Assembly: GCA_964420205.1 (NCBI GenBank)
Contig: CAYQSO010000003.1
Span: 22,828 to 78,560, forward strand
DNA from: an uncultured Candidatus Saccharibacteria bacterium
Lineage (GTDB): Bacteria > Patescibacteriota > Minisyncoccia > UBA6257 > JAGOQP01
Reading direction: 5' to 3'
DNA length: 55,733 nt
Position numbers and translations under genes: made by a program. Shown here in pieces: positions 42,670 to 51,444 of the stretch (its first letter is position 1; each line of letters opens with the position of its first letter). The notes under the pieces are model-generated. The model did no database searches and was not told the DNA's origin. It saw only the letters and a program-made list of their open reading frames with translations.

Positions 42670-43630
42670 TAAATATGATGTGAAAGACAGAATGCTTGTT
42701 CAATGTTTTTATGGGAAAGGACATTTAAATAAAATAAAAGAATTTTCAAATCTTTCTTTTGAGGAAATTGTAAATTGTGCAGTTTCATTAGGATGTGAAA
42801 GAGACGGTCAAACAGAGTTATTCCCCGAAGACAAGGAATGGTTACAATTGAACTATAAAAAAGATTTTTCTATATTAAAAGAAAGACTAAAAGCGTATAG
42901 ATACAGTACAATATACGAAGTTATAAATAATATTTATAGTAATAGAATTAATAAAGAAAGAATAAAAGAAGTTAAAGATGATTTTGAAATAGAAAGGTAC
43001 ATTGGAGAAGAAGAAAAAGGGGGAAATAAAGTGAAAACAAAATTAAAAAAAACAGAGACACTTACTAGAGAAGAACAGATTAAAATTTTGTTAGAAAATA
43101 TAAATAAGAGTTCTTCTTATTTAACTAAAAATTTCAATCTGACATCAAGTCATGTTGGACATATTAACAGAACAAGAAAAGATATTTTAGAAAAAAGACA
43201 TAAAGCAGCTAAAGAAAACTTAAAAGAAATATTTAGTGCTAATGAAGAATATTTAGACTACTCTGCGTTTAAGATAGAGCAATTATTAAAGAAACACTAT
43301 AAAGACGTGTATTATGGTTCTTGGAAAGATATTTCAGATATAAAAGAAATGATACAGGCTACTAAAACTAACATTAAAGAAGAGACTATAATACTGGAAG
43401 ATTCAGTATTAAATTGTATTTGTACGGATAAGATACAAGGCCGATATATGAACCCTCCTCAAGTAGAAAAATTAAATTTTGCCGTAGTTATAGGAAATAC
43501 TCTTTTAGAAGAAAACCTCCCTAATAAAAACGCTGCTACATACTTTGTAAAAGGTGTTATGAAAGCTGCTGAACTGAGAAATGAGCCTACTGTAGACTAT
43601 AGAATCATAGAGATAAAAGAAGTAAAATAA
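42656..43630 (+). CDS. Hypothetical protein
   Basis: 324 aa; aggggg SD upstream. Confidence 0.75.
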   Translation: MQTNNKYDVKDRMLVQCFYGKGHLNKIKEFSNLSFEEIVNCAVSLGCERDGQTELFPEDKEWLQLNYKKDFSILKERLKAYRYSTIYEVINNIYSNRINKERIKEVKDDFEIERYIGEEEKGGNKVKTKLKKTETLTREEQIKILLENINKSSSYLTKNFNLTSSHVGHINRTRKDILEKRHKAAKENLKEIFSANEEYLDYSAFKIEQLLKKHYKDVYYGSWKDISDIKEMIQATKTNIKEETIILEDSVLNCICTDKIQGRYMNPPQVEKLNFAVVIGNTLLEENLPNKNAATYFVKGVMKAAELRNEPTVDYRIIEIKEVK

Positions 43631-43654
43631 AATATACTAGTACTTAGACTAATA

Positions 43655-43690
43655 TAGAAATCACTCTTTTGGGTGATTTCTATTTTTTAT
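43655..43690 (+). terminator. Rho-independent terminator
   Basis: tagaaatcac / gtgatttcta 10-bp stem, 8-nt loop, then TTTTTT. Confidence 0.75.
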
Positions 43691-43773
43691 ATTTTTATTA
43701 TTCTACAAATATAGAAATTGAATTTCATATTAATGTAGAAAAAGAAAAGAAAGAAGAGAAGGAAGGTTTAAAA

Positions 43774-44280
43774 ATGACTAGACAAAAATTAGAGGTCAAC
43801 CCACAAGACATCAAAAAAGCGATAGAAAAATCAGGTCTATCAGAAGCTAAATTTGCTAAGAAAGCAGGAATTAACATTAACACTTTAATTAAGTATAAAC
43901 AAGGGAAGATACAGAATCCTAGGGAAGAAGTATTTAATAAAATAAATACCCTTGTGAGAAGTACTTTAAAAAATAATAAAAAGAAAGTGGACTATAAAAA
44001 AGAAAGAACAACTATTCCATCACTTCCGTATAAAGAAAAAATCCATGAAATAAACGTTCCCAGAGTCAGAGCTCTTATTTCTTATGAAGTAGTTACAGAA
44101 GTAGACTTAGACGTGGTAGAGAAAATTACTAATACATCTCCGCTTACAACAGAGAGAATTTACCAAAATCCTAAAAATATGAGAGTACGGAGTGTTGGTA
44201 TGGAAGAAGGAAGATTTGATATTCTTAAAATTCTTCATGAGCTCATAGAGTCAGAACCTGTTCCTCAATATATAAGATAG
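43774..44280 (+). CDS. XRE-type helix-turn-helix protein
   Basis: Track ORF 43669 (TTG start) trimmed to ATG 43774; IKKAIEKSGLSEAKFAKKAGININTLIKYKQGK. Confidence 0.65.
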   Translation: MTRQKLEVNPQDIKKAIEKSGLSEAKFAKKAGININTLIKYKQGKIQNPREEVFNKINTLVRSTLKNNKKKVDYKKERTTIPSLPYKEKIHEINVPRVRALISYEVVTEVDLDVVEKITNTSPLTTERIYQNPKNMRVRSVGMEEGRFDILKILHELIESEPVPQYIR

Positions 44281-44300
44281 GTAAAATAAAAACGATATGA

Positions 44301-44329
44301 AAAAAGACTATTTAAAAATAGTCTTTTTT
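44301..44329 (+). terminator. Rho-independent terminator
   Basis: aaaaagactattt / aaatagtcttttt palindrome ending in a T-run. Confidence 0.7.
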
Positions 44330-44331
44330 CA

Positions 44332-44360
44332 TTGACAATTAATGCACGATAGTTTAAACT
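44332..44360 (+). promoter_or_regulatory. Sigma-A type promoter
   Basis: TTGACA (44332-44337), 17-bp spacer, TAAACT (44355-44360). Confidence 0.55.
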
Positions 44361-44395
44361 ATAGTAAGTGGAATAAATAGAGAGGCTTTACTTTT

Positions 44396-44617
44396 ATGAA
44401 GAAAAATTCTGATGGTTGTATTAAAAAGTCTGGGATAGAAGAAAAGTTTGATAAAATAGTGGATAAAAGAATAGAAGCAAGATCTTGTAGAAATAAAGAA
44501 TTTATTGAAGAAACTCAAAAAGAGTTTAATAAATGTTTATCTGATTATTTAAAGGATGTTAAAAGGAGAAATATAAAAAAGACTAAAGAGTATATGAAGG
44601 AAATTTGCGGTGAGTAG
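44396..44617 (+). CDS. Hypothetical basic protein
   Basis: 73 aa; agagagg SD upstream. Confidence 0.65.
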   Translation: MKKNSDGCIKKSGIEEKFDKIVDKRIEARSCRNKEFIEETQKEFNKCLSDYLKDVKRRNIKKTKEYMKEICGE

Positions 44618-45113
44618 TAAGCGAAAGATACAAAAACAATATAATTATGCTAATAGAGATAAAACGCATAGTCGTAATCGTTTGATACACTTTATACGTC
44701 GTTTCTATGAACGACATAAAATTTCTATCTCTTTAGCTAATTTAGATAGTTTTAAGGAACAGATAAGAGTTGGTAAAGCTCTACTAGTAAAGATAAATAA
44801 AGATGGGTCAAAAGAGTATATTGTTAAATTAGCTGTATCCAATAGTGAAATTAGGGACATAGTTATTATAGTTAAAAAAGACCATGAAAAATTAACATGG
44901 ATAACTACTTATCCAGCAGAGCAAAAACATTTTGATTTAGCAAATAATAGGTTTAAAAAAATAAGAGAAAAACGCAGGAAAACAAGATTGCGTAATAAGT
45001 ATAAGATAAAAGAAAGAGATATTGTAGGATTTATGGATTTTACAAAATATTTTTCTTATGCGATTCTTTTTGTATATATTTTAAGTTTAATAATATTGGT
45101 AGGAGTAATGTAA
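44610..45113 (+). CDS. Basic protein with C-terminal transmembrane helix (GTG start)
   Basis: 167 aa; C-terminal FSYAILFVYILSLIILVGV. Confidence 0.6.
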   Translation: MSSKRKIQKQYNYANRDKTHSRNRLIHFIRRFYERHKISISLANLDSFKEQIRVGKALLVKINKDGSKEYIVKLAVSNSEIRDIVIIVKKDHEKLTWITTYPAEQKHFDLANNRFKKIREKRRKTRLRNKYKIKERDIVGFMDFTKYFSYAILFVYILSLIILVGVM

Positions 45114-45538
45114 TGAATATAAAAACTGAAATTAAAGGGACATATTTTCGTGGTAAAGAAATTATGAAGATAGTTAATGAAATGAACACAAATGTCTCTC
45201 TTTTTTTAGAAAGAGAATATGACAATCTCCATGATGAAAATGCTGTTAAAATAATATATAATCATGAGGATTTTTCAGAATCTCTTCATATAGGATATGT
45301 TCCGAAAGAGATAAGTGAGAAGTTAGCAGAAGAGCTAGACAACGGAAAAGAACATTGGATAACTTATCTCGGAAATAAAAAAATTCAAATAAATGAAAAA
45401 CAATACAAATCTGTTTCTTTAAAAGAGAAAAAATACGAAATGTTTATAGAAGATGATTATGATCCGTTATTAGATGCTACACCAGATATTTTTGTAGATG
45501 CTAGTGACTTAGATAATTATTTATTGGATTTATTATAG
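45113..45538 (+). CDS. HIRAN-domain protein
   Basis: 141 aa; GTYFRG...VSLFLEREYDNLHDENAVKI...LHIGYVPKEISEKLAEELDNG matches the HIRAN pattern. Confidence 0.7.
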   Translation: MNIKTEIKGTYFRGKEIMKIVNEMNTNVSLFLEREYDNLHDENAVKIIYNHEDFSESLHIGYVPKEISEKLAEELDNGKEHWITYLGNKKIQINEKQYKSVSLKEKKYEMFIEDDYDPLLDATPDIFVDASDLDNYLLDLL

Positions 45539-45549
45539 GGGAGTATATT

Positions 45550-45699
45550 ATGAAAATTTGTACAAATTGTGGTGCTTTTTTATCTGTAAAGAATGATATT
45601 TGCCCTATGTGTGGGAGCAATATTGTTCGTAGTCAAACATTCAAACCTTCTTATGACAAAAGTAAATATCATAAGAAGGAAATAAAAATACAAAAATAG
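45550..45699 (+). CDS. 49-aa zinc-ribbon protein
   Basis: MKICTNCGAFLSVKNDICPMCGSN...; below track cutoff; gggag SD upstream. Confidence 0.55.
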   Translation: MKICTNCGAFLSVKNDICPMCGSNIVRSQTFKPSYDKSKYHKKEIKIQK

Positions 45700-45736
45700 A
45701 AATGGATAATTACCCTTATTAGAAAGAACGGTTTTT

Positions 45737-46525
45737 ATGATCATCGGAATATGTGCACCAACACAACAAAGTGGTAAAACAACTGTAGCTAATTATTTTT
45801 GTGAAAAATATGGATTTAAGAAAAAAGCATTTGCTACAACTCTCAAGAAAATGTTGATAGTACTCTTAAAAGATTTAAAAATACATGAAGAAAGAATTTT
45901 CTATTACACAGAAGTGGCAAAGGAAGAGGAAATACCAGAACTAGGTAAAAGTTATCGTTATCTTATGCGTTCTCTTGGTACTGAATGGGGCAGAGTACTT
46001 ATTCATGAAGATACTTGGGTAAAGACTACAATGGCTTCTCTCTCTTCTTTAAATCAGGTAGTTTTTGAAGACATAAGAATGTTAAATGAACTAAAAGCAA
46101 TTAAAGATAGAAAAGGTATTTTAATAAAAATAATAAACCCAAGAGTTGATAACGACAGGTCTCACGCTTCTGAGGGTGAATTGGACAATGTGCAGGAAGA
46201 TTATTTAATTATTAATGATGGAACTTTTGAAGACTTGTATAAAAAAGTAGATGAAATAATGGATAAAGAAATTAGATTGGGGCTAGAAAAAGAAATGCAA
46301 GAAAAAATAAATAATGTAACAATACAGTGCCCAAAGTGCGGACAGATTTATACTATCTCTGAAAACATGATCTCAGACAGCATTGTTACATGTCAAAATA
46401 ACAATTTTTATAAAGATGGAATTTTCCATAGATTCTGTGGAACAAAATACTTACAAAAATTACATATAGTAGAAAAATATGATAAATACATAAGGGATTT
46501 ACTTCACGCAACCAGAGGTCATTAA
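45737..46525 (+). CDS. P-loop dNMP-kinase-like protein fused to a C-terminal zinc ribbon
   Basis: 262 aa; P-loop ICAPTQQSGKTTVA; LMRSLGTEWGR...DTWV resembles the phage deoxynucleoside-monophosphate kinase family; C-terminal CPKCGQ...C..C. Confidence 0.55.
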   Translation: MIIGICAPTQQSGKTTVANYFCEKYGFKKKAFATTLKKMLIVLLKDLKIHEERIFYYTEVAKEEEIPELGKSYRYLMRSLGTEWGRVLIHEDTWVKTTMASLSSLNQVVFEDIRMLNELKAIKDRKGILIKIINPRVDNDRSHASEGELDNVQEDYLIINDGTFEDLYKKVDEIMDKEIRLGLEKEMQEKINNVTIQCPKCGQIYTISENMISDSIVTCQNNNFYKDGIFHRFCGTKYLQKLHIVEKYDKYIRDLLHATRGH

Positions 46526-46527
46526 AT

Positions 46528-47274
46528 ATGGGGTTAATAGTTCTTTTCTTACAATATGATACAGAAAAATACCCTGGATCACTTCTTTATTTAGAAAAGT
46601 ACTTAAAAACTATTAGACAACATTCTGTTAATAAGATAGTTATTATAGATAATAAAAAAGAAGAAGATAGCTTAGAAATTATAGATAATTGTAAAGTTAA
46701 AATTGGGGGGGATAATTCTCATTGGGAGTTTTCTGGTTGGAATAAAGGGTTAGAGCTTATTAAGACGATGAAGCTTTCTTATGACGCTATTCTTTTTGTA
46801 AATGATTCTTTCCAAAACCCCGCTTTTATTTCACCCACTAGAATAATATGTGATGAAAGTATAAGTAGATGTATAGGTGAAAAAGCTTTGTTAGGTGCAA
46901 GGGGTGGTTCTGGAAAAGATCTTTTCTTCATAGGTACTTACAATTTATATACGTGGGTAAGAACACATTGTTTTATGATGGAAAAGTCTGTTATAAAAAT
47001 AGTTAAAGATTTAATAACATTTCATAGGCCTTTCATTGATATGGCTACTTTATCAAAAGTAGAACCACCCTATTTTAGCGATACACAAGCAATAAGTAAT
47101 AATTTAAAAAATAAAATTATTAATTGGTTATATGAAGGTGGTACATGGCACAGTGCTTTTAAATTTGAAGATGACCCTGAACTATTCAAAATGAAATCTT
47201 TAGCATACCTCAATGAATTGGGGTTGACAGCACGAGCAGAAAAGAGTAGAATAGCTACTATTAAACTAGATTAA
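46528..47274 (+). CDS. Hypothetical protein, possibly GT-A-fold glycosyltransferase-like
   Basis: 248 aa; starts 3 nt after the upstream stop; KIVIIDNKKEED and ILFVNDSF are weakly GT-A-like; contains a G7 tract. Confidence 0.6.
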   Translation: MGLIVLFLQYDTEKYPGSLLYLEKYLKTIRQHSVNKIVIIDNKKEEDSLEIIDNCKVKIGGDNSHWEFSGWNKGLELIKTMKLSYDAILFVNDSFQNPAFISPTRIICDESISRCIGEKALLGARGGSGKDLFFIGTYNLYTWVRTHCFMMEKSVIKIVKDLITFHRPFIDMATLSKVEPPYFSDTQAISNNLKNKIINWLYEGGTWHSAFKFEDDPELFKMKSLAYLNELGLTARAEKSRIATIKLD

Positions 47275-47289
47275 ATTAGAGAATTATAA

Positions 47290-47934
47290 ATGAATACATT
47301 AGAAAAATACGATAATTTCATATTTGACCTTGATGGGACTTTAGTAGACTCTGCTTACGATATTATTATATATTTAAAGCAGGCTTACCAATCAATAGGT
47401 ATTAAAGATATTAATATACCTTCTACTGTTATTGGCCCCCCGTTAAGTGAAATAATAAATACTCTTACTCCTGAATTACCGGAAGAAAAGAAATTTTTAG
47501 TAGTGAGTAGATTTAAAAATTATTGTGATAATAATCCACATGATCGGATAACTCCTTATCCAAATGTAAAAGAAATTTTACATATTTTAGAAAATAAAAA
47601 GAAAAAGATTTTCTTAGCTACTAATAAACGTTTTAAATCGTCAATAAGTATATTAGAAAATTTTAACATACTATCACATTTTTCAGATATTATGTCATCG
47701 GATTATATGGTAGGTACTACTATATCTAAAAGTAAGATGTTAGAAATTTTAATAGAAAAACACTTGCTATTAAAAAATAAAACGATTATGATAGGAGACT
47801 CTTTATCAGATTATACAGCTTCTTATGATAACGGTATTGAATTCATATTTTGTTCGTACGGGTATGGAGAAGACTGTGATATACCGTTGCAAAAGAAAAG
47901 AATAAATTGTTTAGAAGGGGTTTTAAATGACTAA
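47290..47934 (+). CDS. HAD-superfamily phosphatase (Gph-like)
   Basis: 214 aa; motif I FIFDLDGTLVDS, LATNK, motif IV GDSLSD. Confidence 0.8.
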   Translation: MNTLEKYDNFIFDLDGTLVDSAYDIIIYLKQAYQSIGIKDINIPSTVIGPPLSEIINTLTPELPEEKKFLVVSRFKNYCDNNPHDRITPYPNVKEILHILENKKKKIFLATNKRFKSSISILENFNILSHFSDIMSSDYMVGTTISKSKMLEILIEKHLLLKNKTIMIGDSLSDYTASYDNGIEFIFCSYGYGEDCDIPLQKKRINCLEGVLND

Positions 47935-49690
47935 AATAACAGTTTCAGAATACATAGTGAAATACTTAGAGAATATTGGAGTAGAGTATGTATTTTCTGT
48001 GGTAGGTGGAGGAAGCATGTTTTTAAACTCTGCTTTTTCAAATAGTAAAAAGATTAAGGTTATTTATTTTCACCATGAACAAGCCTGTGCAATTGCAGCA
48101 GAGGGATACGCTAGAGTAAGCGGTAACCTAGCAGTAGTTTGCGTAACTACTGGTCCTGGGGGTTTAAATACTTTAACAGGCTTAATGGGTGCATGGACAG
48201 ATAGCGTACCCGTATTATTTATCTCAGGTCAGGTTAAGAAGGAACATATAACTAACTTTAATGGTTTTCAATATAATTACAGACAAATAGGAGACCAAGA
48301 AGTTAATATTGTAGAGATCGTAAAACCTCTTACTAAGTATGTGGAGCAGGTAAAAAAACCGAGAGAAATTAACCGAATAATAAAGAACGGTGTATGGAAT
48401 GCACTTGAACACAGACAAGGCCCTACTTGGGTAGATATACCAATAGACATACAAAACTCTTTTGTAATAAATGAAAGTTTTGATACATTTTTACCCAAAA
48501 ATTTCATATGTCCAACAAATAAAGAGGATAAAAAATTATATAGAAAACTAAACGAAGCCAAAAGACCTCTTATAGTAGCAGGGAAAGGTATTAATATATC
48601 TAATTCTAGGAAAGAATTTTTACAATTTATAGAAAAGTTAAATATTCCAGTAGTAACATCTTTTACAGGATTTGATATAATACCGTCAGACCACCCTTTA
48701 TTTGTAGGGAGATGTTCTACAGTTGGAACAAGGTCGGGTAATTTTGCTGTACAAAACTCAGACTTTATACTATTTTTAGGAACTAGAAATAATATAAGAC
48801 AAATCGGTTATAATGGTGATTTTGCGAAAAACGCTTATAAAGCTTGTGTAGATATAGACTGGAATGAGCTTAACAAACCTACAATCAAATATAATTTTAG
48901 TATTTGTGCAGAGTTAAGAAGCTTTTTTAATTATTTCAACTATAATTATGAAAGAGATAATTCTGACTGGATTAATAATTGTAAAAAAACACAACAAAAA
49001 TACCCTGTAGTACTACCTGAATATAAAAAGCAAGACCAAATAAACCCTTATTACTTTATTGAAGAGTTAACTAAGCGATTAAGTGGAGAAGATATAGTAG
49101 TAGCAAGTAATGGTACTGCTTGTGTAGCGACTTATCAAGCTTCTATAGTTAAGAAAGGACAGACGTATATTCAAAATTCAGGTTGTGCTTCGATGGGTTA
49201 CGGACTTCCAGCAGCTATAGGAGCATGTTTTGCAAATAATAGAAAAGAAGTTATTTGTATTGAAGGCGATGGGAGTATTATGATGAATTTACAAGAGTTA
49301 CAAACAGTAAAGCATCATAATCTCCCTATAAAAATATTTCTTTTATGTAATAATGGCTATGCTTCTATAAAACAAACACAAAATAATTTTTTTAATGGTA
49401 ATTTACATGGTTGTAATGAAGAAACGGGAGTTAGCCTCCCTAAGTGGTATGCAATAGCAGAATCTTTTGGTCTTGAATATGAAGCTCTTGATAATGTATA
49501 CAGTATTGGAAAAGTATTGGATTCAAATCGATCTGTTTTATGTACAGTTTATCTAGGGGATGGGTATGTTTTTCAACCAAAATGTAGTTCAAAAAAACTA
49601 GAAGACGGGAGTATTATATCTTCTGCTTACGATGATATGTACCCTTTCTTAAGTAGAGAGGAATATAAGGAGAATAAGATTGTTAAATAA
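47927..49690 (+). CDS. Thiamine-diphosphate-dependent enzyme, acetolactate-synthase-like (YerE-like candidate)
   Basis: 587 aa; HHEQACAIAAEGYAR, VTTGPGGLNTLTGLMGAWTDSVPVLFISGQ, ThDP motif GDGSIMMNLQEL...NNGYASI. Confidence 0.85.
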   Translation: MTKITVSEYIVKYLENIGVEYVFSVVGGGSMFLNSAFSNSKKIKVIYFHHEQACAIAAEGYARVSGNLAVVCVTTGPGGLNTLTGLMGAWTDSVPVLFISGQVKKEHITNFNGFQYNYRQIGDQEVNIVEIVKPLTKYVEQVKKPREINRIIKNGVWNALEHRQGPTWVDIPIDIQNSFVINESFDTFLPKNFICPTNKEDKKLYRKLNEAKRPLIVAGKGINISNSRKEFLQFIEKLNIPVVTSFTGFDIIPSDHPLFVGRCSTVGTRSGNFAVQNSDFILFLGTRNNIRQIGYNGDFAKNAYKACVDIDWNELNKPTIKYNFSICAELRSFFNYFNYNYERDNSDWINNCKKTQQKYPVVLPEYKKQDQINPYYFIEELTKRLSGEDIVVASNGTACVATYQASIVKKGQTYIQNSGCASMGYGLPAAIGACFANNRKEVICIEGDGSIMMNLQELQTVKHHNLPIKIFLLCNNGYASIKQTQNNFFNGNLHGCNEETGVSLPKWYAIAESFGLEYEALDNVYSIGKVLDSNRSVLCTVYLGDGYVFQPKCSSKKLEDGSIISSAYDDMYPFLSREEYKENKIVK

Positions 49691-50738
49691 TTTTTATAAG
49701 GGTAAAAAAGTATTAGTTACAGGTGGATTTGGGTTTAAAGGTTCTTGGTTATGTAAGTGGCTAAATATGCTTGGAGCAGAAGTAAGTGTGTATTCAGAAG
49801 TACTCTACTTAAATAATTTATTATTTTCTTCTTTGAAGTTATCGAAAACTACTAATACTAAAATAGGTAGTTGTGAATTTAAGGGTAATTTTAAAAATTT
49901 TTTACAGGAAGTTAAACCCGACATAATATTCCATTTAGCAGCTCAGTCTCTTGTACGCAAATCTTATAAAAGTCCGTATGATACTTTTTTATCTAATATA
50001 ATGGGAACTGTTAGTCTTCTACAAAATGTACACGAGCTAGGTCTTAATTGTTCAATAGTAAATGTTACCTCAGATAAATGCTATAAAAATAATAATAAAC
50101 AAAGAAAATTTTTTATTGAAAATGAACCGTTAGGGGGTTATGACCCTTATAGTGCTAGTAAAGCATGCTCTGAAATAGTAACAGAATCTTATTATAATTC
50201 TTTCTTTAAAGAGAAGATAGGAGTAGCAACTGCACGGGGAGGAAATGTTATAGGAGGAGGAGACTGGTCTGAAGATAGGTTGATTCCAGATATAATTAAT
50301 GCTATAATAAATGAAGAAAGTATTACTTTAAGATTTCCAAATGCTACTAGACCATGGCAACACGTTTTAGATTGCTTATCAGGTTACTTAACACTTGGAA
50401 AAGTCGTATCAGAAAACCCAATAAATTATAGTGGTGCCTATAATTTCGGACCTGATACATATAAACAACTAACAGTAAAAGAAACAGTAGAAAAATGTCT
50501 TTCAATTTGGAATATAAATACTAAATATGTTATTGAACAAGAAGACAAATTATATGAAAGTAGTTTCTTGGGACTAGATATTACTAAGTCAAAAGAAAAG
50601 TTAGGCTGGAAACCTTTGTATAATTATGACGAAGCAATAAAAAAAACTATGTTATGGTATAAAGAGTTTTATAAAAATAGAAATAGGATATTAATATTTA
50701 CTGAAAAACAAATAGAGGAGTATATGAGTGAATTATAA
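49680..50738 (+). CDS. rfbG: CDP-glucose 4,6-dehydratase
   Basis: 352 aa; TTG start with aaggag 7 nt upstream; VTGGFGFKGSWL, YSASK, GNVIGGGDW..DRLIPD, RPWQHVLD, all as in RfbG/DdhB. Confidence 0.85.
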   Translation: MLNNFYKGKKVLVTGGFGFKGSWLCKWLNMLGAEVSVYSEVLYLNNLLFSSLKLSKTTNTKIGSCEFKGNFKNFLQEVKPDIIFHLAAQSLVRKSYKSPYDTFLSNIMGTVSLLQNVHELGLNCSIVNVTSDKCYKNNNKQRKFFIENEPLGGYDPYSASKACSEIVTESYYNSFFKEKIGVATARGGNVIGGGDWSEDRLIPDIINAIINEESITLRFPNATRPWQHVLDCLSGYLTLGKVVSENPINYSGAYNFGPDTYKQLTVKETVEKCLSIWNINTKYVIEQEDKLYESSFLGLDITKSKEKLGWKPLYNYDEAIKKTMLWYKEFYKNRNRILIFTEKQIEEYMSEL

Positions 50739-51444
50739 AAAAGAACCTGTAGTTATATTAGCAGGTGGGAAAGGTACTAGGATAACTGAGGAAACTCAAC
50801 ATATACCTAAGCCTTTGATTAATGTTGGTGATAAACCCATAATAAAAAGAGTTATTACACATTATATTTCTTATGGATACAAAAATTTTATTATTTTAGG
50901 TGGGTACAAAGTAGATAAGTTAAAAGAGTATTTTAATTCCGATGAATTAAAAGATAATGTTTCTATAAAAGTAGTAAATACTGATTTAGAAACGCTAACA
51001 GCCGGTAGATTATTACAAGTTAAAGATTTAATAGGAAACTCTACTTTTCATTTAACTTATGGAGATGGTGTTAGTGATATTGATTTGGATAATTTAGTTA
51101 AGTTTCATAAAAAACATGGTAAAATAGGAACTGTAACAGCGGTGAGATTAAAAGAACGTTTTGGTATTTTAAAAATAGGATGTTATGGTACTGTATTAGG
51201 GTTTCAGGAGAAATGTGAGAGTAAAGAATACATAAATGGTGGATTTTTTGTATTTGAACCTGAAATATTTGATTATATTAAGGGGGATGAAATGTTAGAA
51301 ATACAGCCGTTAAATAAACTTTCTATTGATGGGGAATTAATGGCTTATAAACATGACGGCTTTTGGAGATGTATAGATACTTACAAAGATAAACTAGAAT
51401 TAGATAAATATTATAGTGAGGAGAAAAATGAAAATATTAGATAG
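50728..51444 (+). CDS. rfbF: Glucose-1-phosphate cytidylyltransferase
   Basis: 238 aa; GTG start; ILAGGKGTR, TYGDGVSDIDL, FQEK, INGGFFVF, GELMAYKHDGFW..IDTYKDK, as in RfbF/DdhA. Confidence 0.85.
   Translation: MNYKKEPVVILAGGKGTRITEETQHIPKPLINVGDKPIIKRVITHYISYGYKNFIILGGYKVDKLKEYFNSDELKDNVSIKVVNTDLETLTAGRLLQVKDLIGNSTFHLTYGDGVSDIDLDNLVKFHKKHGKIGTVTAVRLKERFGILKIGCYGTVLGFQEKCESKEYINGGFFVFEPEIFDYIKGDEMLEIQPLNKLSIDGELMAYKHDGFWRCIDTYKDKLELDKYYSEEKNENIR

Noticed and set aside
47290-49690. Phosphonate biosynthesis (ThDP-dependent phosphonopyruvate decarboxylase) as an alternative reading of the HAD plus ThDP gene pair
   Set aside because: No PEP mutase is present. The ThDP protein has the full three-domain, ALS-like length of about 590 aa rather than about 380 aa, and it overlaps the CDP-sugar genes.
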